Assembly: GCA_951406725.2 (NCBI GenBank)
Contig: OX597823.1
Span: 108,376,001 to 108,440,000, forward strand
From: Octopus vulgaris
Lineage: Eukaryota
Direction: 5' to 3'
DNA length: 64,000 nucleotides
The notes beneath the pieces are model-generated. The model was not told the DNA's origin, did no database searches, and saw nothing but the letters and a program-made list of their open reading frames with translations. The position numbers and the translations under genes were made by a program. The stretch's first letter is position 1; the number at the start of each line of letters is the position of its first letter. Below are positions 13,598 to 27,938 of the stretch, in pieces.

Positions 13598-13845
13598 TGG
13601 AGGCAGGTGGCTTAGTGGTTAGGGTGTCAGCATCATGATTGTAAGATTGTGGTTTCGATTCCTGGACTGAGTGACTCGTGTTCTTTAACAAAACACTTCA
13701 TTTCACGCTGCTCCAGTCCACTCAGCTGGCAAAAATGAGTAACGCTGCGATGGACTGGCATCCTATCCAGCTTGGGAACACATACACCATGGAAACCAGG
13801 AAACCGGGCCCATGAGCCTTGCTAGGCTTTAAAAAGGGCGCATTT
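13598..13845 (+). mobile_element. tRNA-derived SINE family D
   Basis: ggaggcaggtggcttagtggttagggtg...ggtttcgattcc...cacttcatttcacgctgctccagtccactcagctgg. Confidence 0.8.
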
Positions 13846-13890
13846 ATTATTTTTTTTTTTCATACACAGTATAGTAATAATTAATAATAA

Positions 13891-13928
<38 letters not shown>

Positions 13929-14604
13929 GTAATAATAAAAATAATAATAATAATAGCGATAAGGCAATTCCAGCAATTTTGACGTCATTGACTCCTGTAC
14001 TTGACAGGAACTTTTATTTTATCAACTCCAGAGAGATGAAAGGCAAAATTGTATCTTCCTTAGGAAATGTTATGAAGCAAAGTTAGTCATTATGTTGTAT
14101 GCTGGAAATTAAAGAATGAAAACAATATCAAAACAAAAATGAAAGCTTACAGTTACACCTTATGTTATAATATTTTGGCTAAAAAATCCTTCATCAAAAT
14201 ATAATGGAAATCAAGCTTAGCTCTGGTCAGCATATTATCCATCACCTTTAGTAATATTAAATACTTACAAAAACTAAAGCTACGCATATGATATGTAACC
14301 AACAGTAATTTGTATCAATCCCTTGTGCTTCATTTGGAATTGCAACTGATTTTATTGAGCTCAAAAGACTTAAAGGTAAAGTTGGCTTTTGTAAGATTTC
14401 AAATGAGAATGTCATAATTAAACTACTGCATGACAGACTTTGCCTGATGCTTTGACGATTTAGTCATGTATATACATGTGACTGTGTTGTGTGTATGTGC
14501 ATGTGTATGTGTTGTTTATATGATGGTGTCATTGTTGACGATATGCTGTGAAAACACATCTAGTCTACGAAAAACTGCCTCCAATAAGTTTCGTCTGTCC
14601 CATG

Positions 14605-14841
14605 TTTCTTATTTCTTTACTACCCACAAGGGGCTAAACACAGAGAGGACAAACAAGGACAGACAAAGGGATTAAGTCGATTACATCGACCCCAGTGCAA
14701 AACTGGTACTTAATTTATCGACCCCGAAAGGATGAAAGGTAAAGTCGACCTCAGCGGAATTTGAACTCAGAACGTAGCGGCGGGCGAAATACCGCTAAGC
14801 ATTTTGCCCAGTGTGCTAACGTTTCTGGCAGCTCGCCACCT
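14605..14841 (-). mobile_element. SINE family B, young full-length copy
   Basis: CpG-rich; reverse complement of 15748-15973. Confidence 0.92.
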
Positions 14842-15277
14842 TCTGTCCCATTTTAGCAGGAAAAAAATCTACATTAAAATTATGGTGATGGTTACAGACA
14901 CATACATACACACACACACGCTTGCACATACACACACACACACACTCACACACACAAACATGCATGCACACACATTCACATGCTCACAAACACACACATA
15001 TTTCTGTAAGTGATTGTGCAAATTGATGCAGATGTTGACATTCCCTGTTGACAATATGACTGTTTGCTTTTCACTTTTGGAGATACGAGGAATGAAGAAC
15101 TCCTTCTCTTGAAAAACAGGTAAAAGTTGGTGACTGGAAGAGCATCCAACCATTAAACTCTGACTCAGCTAACTCTCTGTCTAAACTCAGTGAGTTAACT
15201 GAATCGTACACCCTCCTACATATACACATGCACACACAAAACATTCACACACTTCTGCTACTAAGTATTGTTCTAGA

Positions 15278-15575
15278 CACATGGCTCAGTGGTTACAGCA
15301 TTGGGTTCACAACCATGAGGCATTGGGTTCAATTCTCAGACCAGTCTGTATATTGTGTTCTTGAGCAAGACATTTTATTTCACGTTGCTCCAGTTCACTC
15401 AGCTGTAAAAATGAGTTACAATGTCTCTGGTGCCAAGCTTTGCCCTTCCCTTGGACAACACTGGTGGCATGGAGAGGGAAGGTTGGTATGCTTGGGCATG
15501 CTCGGACTTGTGTCTTGGAGGGGAACTTTCTAGGTGCAATTCCACAGTTATTCATGACCGAAGGTGGTCCTTACT
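15278..15575 (+). mobile_element. tRNA-derived SINE family D
   Basis: atggctcagtggttacagc...gggttcaattctc...tgtgttcttgagcaagaca...gttgctccagttcactcagctg. Confidence 0.8.
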
Positions 15576-15747
15576 CTTTATTGTTCTAACTAATATGGAA
15601 TAGTTTCATGTTGTGTTAATTGGTCGTGGGTATTTGAAATCATATTTGATATCACATAGAGGGCCTGAAATACAATAAGCACAAGCCTGTGGCACAACAC
15701 ACACACACACATATGCACATACATATACACAACACAGTCACATGTAT

Positions 15748-15973
15748 GCGAGCTGGCAGAAACGTTAGCACGCCGGGCGAAATGCTTAGCAGTATTTCGT
15801 CTGCCGCTATGTTCTGAGTTCAAATTCCGCCGAGGTCGACTTTGCCTTTCATCCTTCCGGGGTCGATAAATAAAGTACCAGTTTTGCACTGGGGTCGATG
15901 TAATCGACTTAATCCCTTTGTCTGTCCTTGTTTGTCCCCTCTATGTTTAGCCCCTTGTGGGTAGTAAAGAAAT
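15748..15973 (+). mobile_element. SINE family B, young full-length copy
   Basis: gcgagctggcagaaacgttagcacgccgggcg...gtcgactttgcctttcatcc...gccccttgtgggtagtaaagaaat. Confidence 0.92.
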
Positions 15974-16486
15974 ATATTTATATTCACATATGTGTGTATG
16001 TTTGTGTGTATGGAACAAAAGAATGAAAAAGACAAAGTAGAACTGCTTTGGTTCAAATTCATACAATTTTTTTCACTTCTTTAATTCTGTCCAACACCAG
16101 GAACAATGGTACAATGAAAATGAAACAAATCACTTGGATAATGATGATGATGATAATAGCAATCACGATCAGGATCATCATCATCATCATGATAGCAATT
16201 ATAAACAAGTTGATGATGATGATGGTGGTGTTGGTGGTGGTGGTGGAGGGGCTGATATCAATGATAATGATGATGGTGTTGGTGTTTAAAGCATATCACA
16301 CAGTTTACTCATATTTTCACAAAATAGTTTCTTCTTTTCTTGCCGTTGCTGCATGTTGTTGTTGCAGTTGTAGTTTAAGACAACTTCGAGACTTTCTCCC
16401 TTTCCTCCTTTCTTTCTATTCTAGTTTCCTTGTTCAATGAGAAAAAAATATTAAAAAAAAAAAGGGATAAAAATAAAATAGAAAAA

Positions 16487-16519
<33 letters not shown>

Positions 16520-16859
16520 AATAAAAACTTGCCAACTTAGCTTGCAACTTAATTTTTCTATCAGCCTTATCTTCAATTACCAAAGATTTTAGCGAACTTT
16601 CCCAGAAACAAAAAGCCGATTAATTTAAAGAAGCTGAAATCTTCCCATGGCCAGAATCACACACACACATAGAGTCACAAGCACACACACATAGAGTCAC
16701 AAGCACACATATCAATTGATAGGTATATACACGCAATAACATACAGATATGCAGCAATATTTATGCTTACACAAATATACAGATGCATACTACATATGCT
16801 CATATATATAAGTACATACATATGTATACACAAATGCATACATACATATACATATATAT

Positions 16860-16922
<63 letters not shown>

Positions 16923-17550
16923 TGCATGTACGGACATGTATTTTAGACGTACGTGCTAAGCTTCCAAACTGAATACCTGATGTATATAGTTAAGTACATA
17001 CCTTTCAAAGAATGAAAAATTAAAAAGCAAAAAAAAACCCCAAAAACCTTACGCATGAAAATTATTTAAAAAATACACACACACAAAAACTAAAAATAAA
17101 TAGTATAGGAGAATATCATTAACACCACCACCAACAACAACAGGAATTCTTTCTATGTCTTGGCACTAGATTAGAGTATGCATTTGGTAAGGAAATTAAA
17201 TGTATAAATGCAGTGGATGAAGAATGGTAAGGAAAACAGAAAACGTTTAATCAAATAAGTATTAAGTTGGTTATATATACATTTATACATTTATACATAC
17301 GTATATATGTCTGTACACACGTACAAATATATGTGTATTTTTTTGGTACTTTTTTTTTATTGTACTTTGTATTCATTTTTATCTCCTTTCTTTGTTTTGT
17401 TTTCATTATTATTTCAAATTTATTTTTGTTTTGTTTTGCTTTGTCTTTGTTTTTTTGTTTTTTCATTTTTTTCATTTTTTTCATTTACCTTTTATCTTCA
17501 ATTCTTGCTTCCAAATTTGTGCCTGACAACTTCATTGAATGATAAAAAAC

Positions 17551-17598
<48 letters not shown>

Positions 17599-17895
17599 CT
17601 GCTGCTGCTGCTGCTGTTGCTCCATCTTCTTCATTTCCTCCTCGCCTTCTTCTTCTTCTTCTGCTTCCGCCTCCTCCTCATCCCCCTCCTCCTCTTTTCT
17701 CAGTAACAGTTCTGGCATGATAAAGGAATTATCAAAGAAAGAATCCAAATATTAGCCATGAAATATTTGAAATTCAGTTTTATGGACATCATATATATGT
17801 ATGTATATATGTATATATAATGTGTATATATTACATACTTACACATAGATATAGATATAGGTAGATACAATTACACACCATGCACTTGACCACAT

Positions 17896-17936
<41 letters not shown>

Positions 17937-17954
17937 ATAAGCCAGCCCCAAACT

Positions 17955-18345
17955 CAACTCGTCCTGTCGAAAGACCCTTGTCCTACGTCCTTGGTTTTGT
18001 TTTTATCCTTACCTTTATTGTTTTTACATTTTTGTTTTCTTATTTGTGCTTTCCTTATTGTTTTCACGTATTCTGTATTTTTATTCGTGTACATCGTCCG
18101 TTTACCGTCCTTGTGTTGTATACATTCGAGGCTTTCTTCCAAGGGATCTAATGCGCTTGGCTTAGATTTCCCTTGGTGGCTGCCCAGGTCAGAGCAATCT
18201 CAAGATTAATCAGCCGAAATTGCGAAGATGATATGGTTCTTGACTGATGACTGAGAGCTTCGAATGTCCCGTCCTGTGGTTCTTGTGTCATCTTCTAGGT
18301 GTTTCACGTTCTTGTCCCAGTTTGTATATATTTTTTACTTTTTAC
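17955..18345 (+). mobile_element. Unclassified interspersed repeat, related to 61900-62240
   Basis: Shares diverged blocks aagggatctaatgcgcttggcttaga...atctcaag...ccgaaat...ggttcttgactga with the 62 kb copy; adjacent to (TA)n. Confidence 0.55.
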
Positions 18346-18367
18346 ATATATATATATATATATATAT

Positions 18368-18405
<38 letters not shown>

Positions 18406-18416
18406 TGATAGATACA

Positions 18417-18450
<34 letters not shown>

Positions 18451-18689
18451 CATACATATAAAAACATGTATACACTGATTCAGATGTGCCATTCCTCAAA
18501 GTCATGCTGTAATATGAAGTTCTGTAACAGGAGATCTATTTTCCAATGAGTTCCATGCTACAGAGAACTCAATGAAGAGAGAAGGCAAGAGGAATATGTT
18601 CCATGTAAAAGATTTCCATAATGTGGCAAGACTTTAGGGACTCAACACTGGTGTAAAGAAGGGAATTCTTGTATGGAACTCTGAATTTT

Positions 18690-19090
18690 ATTCTTTTATT
18701 CTTTTACTTGTTTCAGTCATTTGACTGCAGCCATGCTGGAGCACTGCCTTTAGTCGAACAAATTGACCCAGGACTTATTCTTTCTAAGCCTAGTACTTAT
18801 TCTATCAGTCTATTTTGCCGAACTGCTAAGTTATGGGGATGTAAACACACCAATATCGGTTGTCAAGCAATGTTAGGGGGACAAACACACACAGACACAC
18901 AGACACACACACACACACACACACACATAAATATATATTCATACATGACGGGCTCTTTTCAGTTTCTGTCTACCAAATCCACTCACAAGGCTTTGGTCGG
19001 CCTGAGGCTATAGTAGAAGACACTTGCCCTAAGTGCCACGCAGTGGGATTGAACCCAGAACATGTGGTTGATAAGCGAGCTTCTTACCAC
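18690..19090 (-). mobile_element. SINE family A
   Basis: Homology to other A copies. Confidence 0.9.
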
Positions 19091-19287
19091 ACACACATGC
19101 AAATGGGGACACATGCATACATACATGTATACACACAGACACAAACACACACACGCACATATATATGTGGATATATATATGTATATGTGTATGTGTTTGT
19201 GTGTGTGGGTGTGGTTGTGTGTGTATGTATATATGTGTGTATATGTGTATATATATAGATATATACATATATATATGTGTGTATATG

Positions 19288-19319
<32 letters not shown>

Positions 19320-20665
19320 TGCAAACAAAGACAAAAACACACGCACATATATACTTATACATGAACACCAATGCATATATGCTTGCACACGAACACGAAG
19401 ATCTTACACAGAAATAGATGTACATATAAAAAAATGACTCACTAGCATACATGTACCAGAGGAGACAAATCCTAGAACAAATCCATATTAAATTCTATCT
19501 ATTTTACTCCCGTTCCAACCTTGCTTCAACCAATCTCTTGTTCTTAAAGACTTTAACACCTTTAAAACATGATAAATAAAATCCCCTCTAAATCTTCTCA
19601 ATTACCAAAATAATACTGGAATTTAGGTCTAGAAATAATTCATTAATTCTGGTTCTTGAAATAATTCCTTAATTTTACTTATGTAAGTTTTCTCTTAAAT
19701 TTGTTACCTACACACGCCACACCTCTCCCCTATGTATGAATGTGTGTAAGCATGCATTTATGCATGCATGTAACTATGAATATATACATACATCTATGTA
19801 TGTGCGTACATGAATGTGCATATATATATAAACATATACATATATATGTATATCTCTGTATTAAGATGTATATAAACACATTTGTATTACATTCTTTTTA
19901 TGTATTACATTTTTACATATAACACATACATTACAAACTGTATATACACACACACACAAATGTGTGTTTATATATATGTACATGTTTGTATGCATATACA
20001 CGTACATATCTATGCATTTACATATATATATGTGTGTGTGTATGTATGTATAACATCCAATTATATTGTAATTAACTTCCAATTACTATCGTTACAGGTG
20101 GTAACAGCTTACAGAGCATATTTAAAAATGTTTAGTAATCACAAGTTGCTTGTTTGCTAGTTTTAGACATATGAGACCATTCACGTGGAATATCTTCTTT
20201 CTCTTCCGTCAAAAAATCAAAACAAAAACAACGGAAAATGAAAGAAGTACAAAGGAAAGATAAAAGACGAAACCAAGGTACAGAAGGTAATTACAGACAG
20301 CAAGACAACAGTACATTTAACAAGGTAAACAGAAGAGGGAACAATAACAGAAGAACCCTTTTGGGAGCATGATGGAAGAAACAGAGTCGTTGGGTTGAGA
20401 GTGAGGCAGAGGTGGGGACAGGGGAATGATCTGTGTGAGTGTTTGTGTGTGTATATGTGTTTGCATATTTATGTAGATGCAAAGGTGAAGCGATTGCCAT
20501 GTGGTCAAAAAGGTTGCTTTACTACCACATGGTTTTTTTCAATTCAGTAGCACAGCAGGACAACACAATGGACATGTGTATTCTGTGATTAAGTTTGGTT
20601 GACTAATGCCTTGTTAAAGTGGTTTCATAGTACATAGTCATAAATAATTTCACCCACACACACAT

Positions 20666-20880
20666 GAAAGGGTGCTGAAAAGTTCCTGGCTTCAAGGGCA
20701 TCACAAAAGGCCAGGTTGGGGGCCCAAACTTCTGTGTTCTTTTACAGGGTTCAGAAACACTGAGAGATTGCTGCAATAAGTGTGTGAATCTGAGATGGGA
20801 ATATGATCAATAAAATCATAATCAACCGACCCTCTTATATTTTCTTTTAACCAAAGCCAGAAATTTTTCAGCACACCCTT
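20666..20880. mobile_element. Mariner-derived MITE
   Basis: Imperfect terminal inverted repeats agggtgctgaaaagttcctggctt / aagccagaaatttttcagcacaccct. Confidence 0.65.
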
Positions 20881-20912
20881 GTGTGTGTGCATGTGTGTGT
20901 GTGTGTGTGTGT

Positions 20913-21725
20913 AGGGTCATCCCATAAATAATGCACTTTTTTTATACTTCTTTTAATTTTCAAAATTAAGATAAATAAAGTTCTTTTTTTTTTAACTATA
21001 GTCTCCTTCGTTTTGTACAATGCTCTTCCATCTGTCTGGTAGGGGACTTACAAGGCCCCTCTTCCAAAATTCACTTGTCTATGACAGAAAATACTCCTCC
21101 AGTACTGTTCTGACCTCATCTACTCAATATTTTCTGGTCAAATTATTTTGAAAACAGCGGAATAAATGATAATCAGACAGGGCAGTGTCCAGCAAATATT
21201 GTTGGATGGGGCATTTTTTCCCATTCAAACTGCTCCAGTCTTTGAGATGTCATCCTTGTTGTATGTGGCTGAGCATTACCCTGATGGAAGAACGCCTTTT
21301 GTCTTGAAACCAAAGATGGTGGTTTTTTTTTTTAGTGCTGACTTAAGCCACTCAAACTGCTTGCAGTAGATCCTTGTTATTGTTTGGTTTGGGTTTAAAA
21401 GCTGAAAAACCTTTCATATCCCACCAAATAGACAACAATACCTTACTTAGATGAAGAACTTCTTTAGCCTGGGGCGCTGGTGTTTCTCCTTTCCCTAGCC
21501 ACCGTCTTTGGCACTTGGTATTTTTATAGAGAATGCATTTCTCATCACCAGTCACTTTTCAGTCCAAAAAAGGTTCATTTGAGGGACATGACAGCAAAGA
21601 GGAGCACACATTTACTCTCTGCATGTGATTAGACTCGGAAAGTCTGTGAGGAACCCACTGACCCAATTTGTTGACTTTTCCAATGGCACACAGGTGTTGA
21701 TGAATGGTTTAGTGACCAAATCAAT
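20913..21725 (-). mobile_element. Decayed mariner (Tc1/mariner) transposase fragment
   Basis: ORF 21352..21555 reads TGDEKCILY...KVLLSIWWDMKG (mariner catalytic-domain motifs). Confidence 0.88.
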
Positions 21726-21747
21726 TGCCGGGTATGCGAAAAATAAT

Positions 21748-21953
21748 CCAAAAATCAAGGAATGGAGCAGATAAAACCTGGGCTACATATGTTTCATAGT
21801 GGGTGGAACCCTAGAAGTAATATACTGCTGGCTACTTTTCAGACCTGAAGAGTAGCCTGCAGTATACACCTCACTAGGATAAGTACTACTTCCAAGGCTC
21901 CATTATGAAACATATGTAGGCCAGGTTTTACCTACTCTATTCCTTAATTTTGG
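21748..21953. mobile_element. Palindromic short element with two head-to-head hammerhead-like motifs
   Basis: Imperfect inverted arms; + strand CTGAAGA(21845)...GAAAC ATAT GTA(21918); - strand CTGAAAA...GAAAC ATAT GTA. Confidence 0.65.
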
Positions 21954-21980
21954 GGTTTATACACACACACACACACATAT

Positions 21981-22660
21981 ACGAGAAGTCAAAAATTATC
22001 CATGCTTTCACCTTAACATATTTTAATTATTGTCACACTGCCTTATAGTGTGCTTATAGATGGTACTATTGTGCTCATGTGATCGAAGTTTAAGCCTGAT
22101 CACACCATTTTTATCTTTGGCTCTAAAGTGTAAGCATAGCCACTCCACTAGCAATGTGCACCAAAGAAGAACAAAGAGTAGTGATCCAAGGTATGTGAGG
22201 TGCCGAAATTCATTGGAGGCTTTTAGCACAATATGGGGACTGCACTACAGCATAGAAGTGTATATGAGTGGATCGGAAAGTTTAAAAGTAGCCAGACAAG
22301 TGTGACACACAAAGAGGGAGAAGGACGCCTGTCAACCTCCACAACTGATGAGAAGATTCAGCAAGCTTGAGAGATGGTAACGGTAAAGCAGTTCCCCATT
22401 ACCATCTCTCAAATCCCTTCTCTTTGTTCTTCTTTGGTGCACATTGCTAGTGGAGTGGCCATGCTTACACTGTAAAGCCAGAAAGAAAAATGGTGAGATC
22501 AGGCTCAAACTTCGATCATGTGAACACAATAGTACCAACTATAAGCATGTATGGCAGATCTGAAGAGTTTGTGAGACATGGCAAGATGAAAACATCTCAA
22601 CCAGTGGCAAAGTGGAGAGTGGTGGCTTCATCACGACAGTGCACCTTCGAATGCATGACA
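21981..22660 (+). mobile_element. Decayed mariner with internal inversion
   Basis: HTH remnant EIHWRLLAQYG...EWIGKFK...STTDEKIQQ and catalytic remnant WWLHHDSAP; 22061-22185 is inverted at 22413-22538. Confidence 0.75.
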
Positions 22661-23410
22661 ATGCACCTCCATCCTGCCTCATATTGCCTCCAATCTCATT
22701 GTTTGGATCCACTATACCTAAACATTTACTTCCTTCCCAACATCCAAAAACACAGCAACCCTGGCTAATCCATTGCTTCTGCCTGTAATCCCCCTTTGGA
22801 ATTAATCTCCTAATACCTCAACCTTGTCCATGCAACACTAATGGCTTCCATCCTCTCACACATTCATGACACCAGCCACACTTTCCACCTCTTTAATTCC
22901 TTCTCATTCTCTCCTGGATCTTCCCAACTCTCCCTCTTGACATCAAAGTCTCTTTACACCGTTATCCCTTATAACGAAAGCCTCGTTGGACTCAAACATT
23001 TCCTTAACTTATGTTTCCATCCATAACCTTGCACTTCTATCATCATCAGGGTGGTGAATTGGTTCTCTCTTTGAAATGCTTTTTGTTCACTGGAGAGTTT
23101 TACCAACAAGTCTTTGGGGCAGCTTCAACTACATGAATCTATTTGTCAGCTGTGTTGAGGTGCATGTATTTTCACAGTTCACAAGTTCTAGTCCTGAGCT
23201 ATGCAGCTGGTACACCAATGACTGTATCACAGCAACCTCCATCTCCTACAAACCACTCCACGTCTCTTTCATTCAGTCCTTCCATCCCATCCTTGAATTC
23301 TTCTATTCCATCTCCAACACCTCTGCCCACTTCCTCAATGCTTTTATTGTCATCAACCACTCCTCTTTTACCATTTCCATCTACTACAATCTTACAAATT
23401 CTCACTCTTA
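22660..23410 (+). mobile_element. Penelope-like RT remnant (5' part)
   Basis: Decayed DIKSLYTVIP and YMNLFVSCVE...WYTNDCI motifs; collinear with the 538..1245 remnant. Confidence 0.75.
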
Positions 23411-24060
23411 AAATCTTTATTATAGGCATATAGCCTGAACAAAGAGTGGACATAACAAGGACAGACACAACACCACAGTGGGGACAATAAACATAAAACG
23501 AATGAGGATGAATATTATATAAAAATGGAAAATGAAATGGCTTCATGGGCCCCACTCCTCATGCAGTATCATTTCAACTTTTGTACACACTATAATACAA
23601 TCGTGCTATTATTGTCTGTTGTTTTTTCTTAATTATCGCTTGTTTTCTTTTTTTTCCCCATTCGAAGCACTTTTCCTTTCTTTTTCTTTTTTCTTTTATC
23701 AAAGTAATTTTACTTACTCTCCATTAAGGCTCCAGGTCTCTGAGTTCAATTACTAGTGGCAGTTCATCGAACTCCCCCAACACTCCGGGCAGGTTAATCT
23801 TGTTTCCACACATGTCCACTAGTCTCTTATATGTTTCTTTATCGACCTCAATGGCCTTTTCATTTTCTGAGTATACATCCCTGGGCAATGGCCTTTTCAT
23901 TTTCTGAGTATACATCCCTGGGCAACTTCACTCTTATGATGTGTTTAAATTTTACAATTCTTCTTTCCACCTCCTTGTTTTTGACATAAGTTACAAAGTT
24001 CCACTTGTTCCTTCCTCCTCTAAGTTTTCTCCTTCCTGCTGCTATTCTTCTCACTCTTAC
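23410..24060 (-). mobile_element. 3' end of a LINE inserted into the Penelope remnant
   Basis: Minus-strand ORF ends (23724..24054), then a T-rich UTR ending tgtccttgttatgtcc...aataaag; tandem duplication of about 37 bp at 23850-23924. Confidence 0.55.
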
Positions 24061-24084
24061 CTCTTCTCACCTCCTCCCAAACTC

Positions 24085-24870
24085 CCACCAAAATGTCCAT
24101 CTCCTACTCTCAGCTCTTCCATCTCCATCAGCTCTACAGTGATGATCAAGACTTTAAGATGCAGACCCAACTCATGGCTCACCCTTTCACCAAAATCGGA
24201 CACTATGCACTGTTATCTAAGTTGCTCACTCTCTGTCTCTTTATCATACCTGCCCTTACTTGCTTTCCTTTTCCCCTTGCTTGCCATCCCTTCACCCTGC
24301 CCTCCAATACACTATATTACATGCTTTCCCACCTACTCCTATCCAAACCCTCAACCTCCTACAGCTTCCCTAAACTATCCCTTCCTTCCTTCATATGTGC
24401 ACGCAATCAACTGTGGCTTACTGGGCAGTAGCTCTTTTCCTACACCCACCACCCAACCTGATTCCTTCTCTTGCTCTTGCCCATGCTACCACACCTTTCT
24501 CACTTACACTACCTTCTTCACCCCTAGCCACAGCCACTCCTTCCATGTCATCAGCTCCTGCACTTGTACCTCTAGTAACCTGATTAACTTCATCCTCTAC
24601 TCACTTTGCCACTTCCCATACATTGAACACACTGGTCGGATCCTGGCTGACAAGTTTGCCAAACACCTCCATGACATCAGGCTCAGTAATGACACTTCAG
24701 TCTCATGCCATTTTATGTCAACTAGTCCTTCACTGTAGCATCTGTCTGTATTTGGACAGGGCCTTGCACAGAGACCACCCAGACTCTTGTCTCTGCATGG
24801 AGCAGGAATTAATTTTCTTTCTCCTTACTTTATCTCTCACGGTCTAAATTCTCCACCACTTTTCATTTAA
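24085..24870 (+). mobile_element. Penelope-like remnant (3' part, GIY-YIG)
   Basis: ORF 23941..24738 ends CSCPCYHT...CTCTSSNLINFILYSLCHFPYIEHTGRILADKFAKHLHDIR...VSCHF. Confidence 0.85.
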
Positions 24871-25053
24871 ACGCCATCTTTCACACACTCACATTTACAC
24901 ACAGCACCATCCACCTCTTACATTTCCACTGATCCCTCACACATGCCAACATGTTCAAACAGTATACACACACTTCTTTCAACTTCACATATGCTAGCAC
25001 CCACACTTTCATTACTGTATATAACATAACATGTATGCATATGCATGTGTGTG

Positions 25054-25087
<34 letters not shown>

Positions 25088-25469
25088 GGAGAGACAGAGA
25101 TAAGATTTCTAAATGCTAGACATATAGACTAATGCTATGATTTTTATAATACTTCTGTGTGTGTGTGTGTGTGCTGATGTGTTCAGGGTGTCCTTAATAT
25201 ACTGTTTAGATGTGACGTTGAATCTGGTACGTGGATTGCTATCTATAATTACATGTATACGTGTACATGCATCTGTAAGTGTGCACATACGTACAATCTC
25301 TGTCTATGTGTATGCACGGAGGTATGTCTTGTCCTTAATATAATACAATATCACACCTTAGAATATTGAAGATAAGGATCTAAAGGACACTTTTACAAGA
25401 TTTCACCAGCTGTAATGCCATTTTGTTTACATGTATGTATATGTATACATTTATACGTATGTGTGTGTG

Positions 25470-25513
<44 letters not shown>

Positions 25514-25989
25514 AATATATATTCATAATATGTATGTACATAACATATATAAAATACAATATGTATATTCATGATATATATATCATATGCATAATAATAT
25601 ATATGCTATGTGTGAGTATATATATGTGTGTGTGTGTATTATACCTATGTGTGATTATGTACTCATACACCCACAAATACATCCATGCATGCACACACAT
25701 ACACACACACATACACACATATATATATAGATATATATATGCATATATGCATTTATATACCTATATACAGAAATATTTCTGTATATATACCTAGATACAG
25801 AAATATTTTTTATCTGTTTATATATGTGTATTTATCTATATATACATATAAGACGACACATATACACATACAATATCAGATGCATAAATACACAGTAAAA
25901 TGAGTGCATACATACATAAAAGAACCCCCCCCCACATATACACATATACAAGTATATCAGCTGTGTTTTCAAATTTAGGTTTTTAGATC

Positions 25990-26258
<269 letters not shown>

Positions 26259-26372
26259 GTCTTTTAGTTTATATTTTATTTTCTTTCTCCGAAATTGTAC
26301 TTAAAAATAAACTACTATAAAGATAAACAGAAGATAAATATAATGGAAAAGTAATAATGATAATAAAAATGA

Positions 26373-26403
<31 letters not shown>

Positions 26404-27112
26404 CGTGGTCGTGGTGGTGATTTTATATACATACATACATACACACATACATACACACGTACACACATACATACATACACATACATACACACGTACATAC
26501 ATACATACATACATACATACATACATACATACATACATACATACACATGTATGTGAGTGTGTCATTTGCTAATATTTTTTCTTCTTCAACTGATGGGTGT
26601 TAATTTAATCAACCTACATTTTCATTTCTATACCCAGAGTGTGCGAGCTAGGAACAATATTTCATGCTTCTCACTATTTCTTTTATTTTCTATGTATTTC
26701 ACAAGGGAAGGGGTGATGCAATGCGCTGTCATTTTCATAAAAAAAAATTTTTTTTGGTAAAATCTTTATGTGCATTTCTGATTATTTCTCCTTGAATTCT
26801 GTATATTTTTTTCGTGTTTTATTTGTGGCTTGTTGGATGTGTTATTGTTATCTTATATGCATTTTTGCATGTTGGTGTGATTATAATTGTTTTAGTTGTT
26901 GTTGTTGTTTCACAGTGATTGCCGTATTTGTTATATTGTTTTCATATATTTATTTGTAATACTTAAATTTTCCTTTCATTCCTTCTGGCTCACAGTTTTT
27001 TTTTTGTCTTATCTATCTATATATTATATCTATCGACCAAACTGTCTGTTTATATTCTTTTCTCTCTCTATATATGCATGTGTTTATGTATATACGTATA
27101 TTTCTGTGCATG

Positions 27113-27151
<39 letters not shown>

Positions 27152-27198
27152 ATATGTATATAACTATGTGCATGTCCATCCATTCATACATATATATA

Positions 27199-27232
<34 letters not shown>

Positions 27233-27521
27233 AGACAGAAAAATGTATGATTGCCTGCTCACCCATGGGAATTGAATTTCATATCTGCTGTGAAGAGTAG
27301 AACTGTGCAAACTGTTTCAGCAAAGCGATCCTACAATTCCAACTGTTTAAAGGAAAAGTGTTAACCTAAAAAGCTGAGGTTCCTCTTACTATCAGCCTGT
27401 CAATGAAGAAGTCACTGCCCCATAGAAGTGAGTTCAGTTATGGTATAATATATTGTTTGTTAACCGAAAGGTTGGTGGTTCGTGCCCACCCAGGGATGAG
27501 CTTAATTTTTTTTCTCATGTT

Positions 27522-27938
27522 AAGATGGTGAGCTAGTAGAAACATTAGCACGCCGGGCGAAATACTTAGCGGTATTTCGTCTGCCGTTATGTTCTGAGTT
27601 CAAATTCTGCTATGGTCGACTTTGCCTTTTATCCTTTCGGGGTCGATAAATTAAGTACCAGTTACGCACTGGGGTTGATATAATCGACTTAATCCGTTTG
27701 TCTGTCCTTTTTTGTCCTCTCTGTGTTTAGCCCCTTGTGGGTAGTAAAGAAATAGGTATTTCGTCTGCTGCTATGTTCTGAGTTCAAATTCCTCTGAGGT
27801 CGACTTTGCCTTTCATCCTTTCGGGGTCGATAAATTAAGTACCAGTTACGCACTGGGGTCGATATAATCGACTTAATCCGTTTGTCTGTCCTTTTTTGTC
27901 CTCTCTGTGTTTAGCCCCTTGTGGGTAGTAAAGAAATA
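27522..27938 (+). mobile_element. SINE family B tandem dimer (full copy + 5'-truncated copy)
   Basis: 27571-27755 is repeated at 27756-27940 with near identity. Confidence 0.92.

Noticed and set aside
22345-22365. CTGATGA hammerhead core
   Set aside because: Part of the mariner coding remnant (TDEKIQ); no stem II or GAAA follows.
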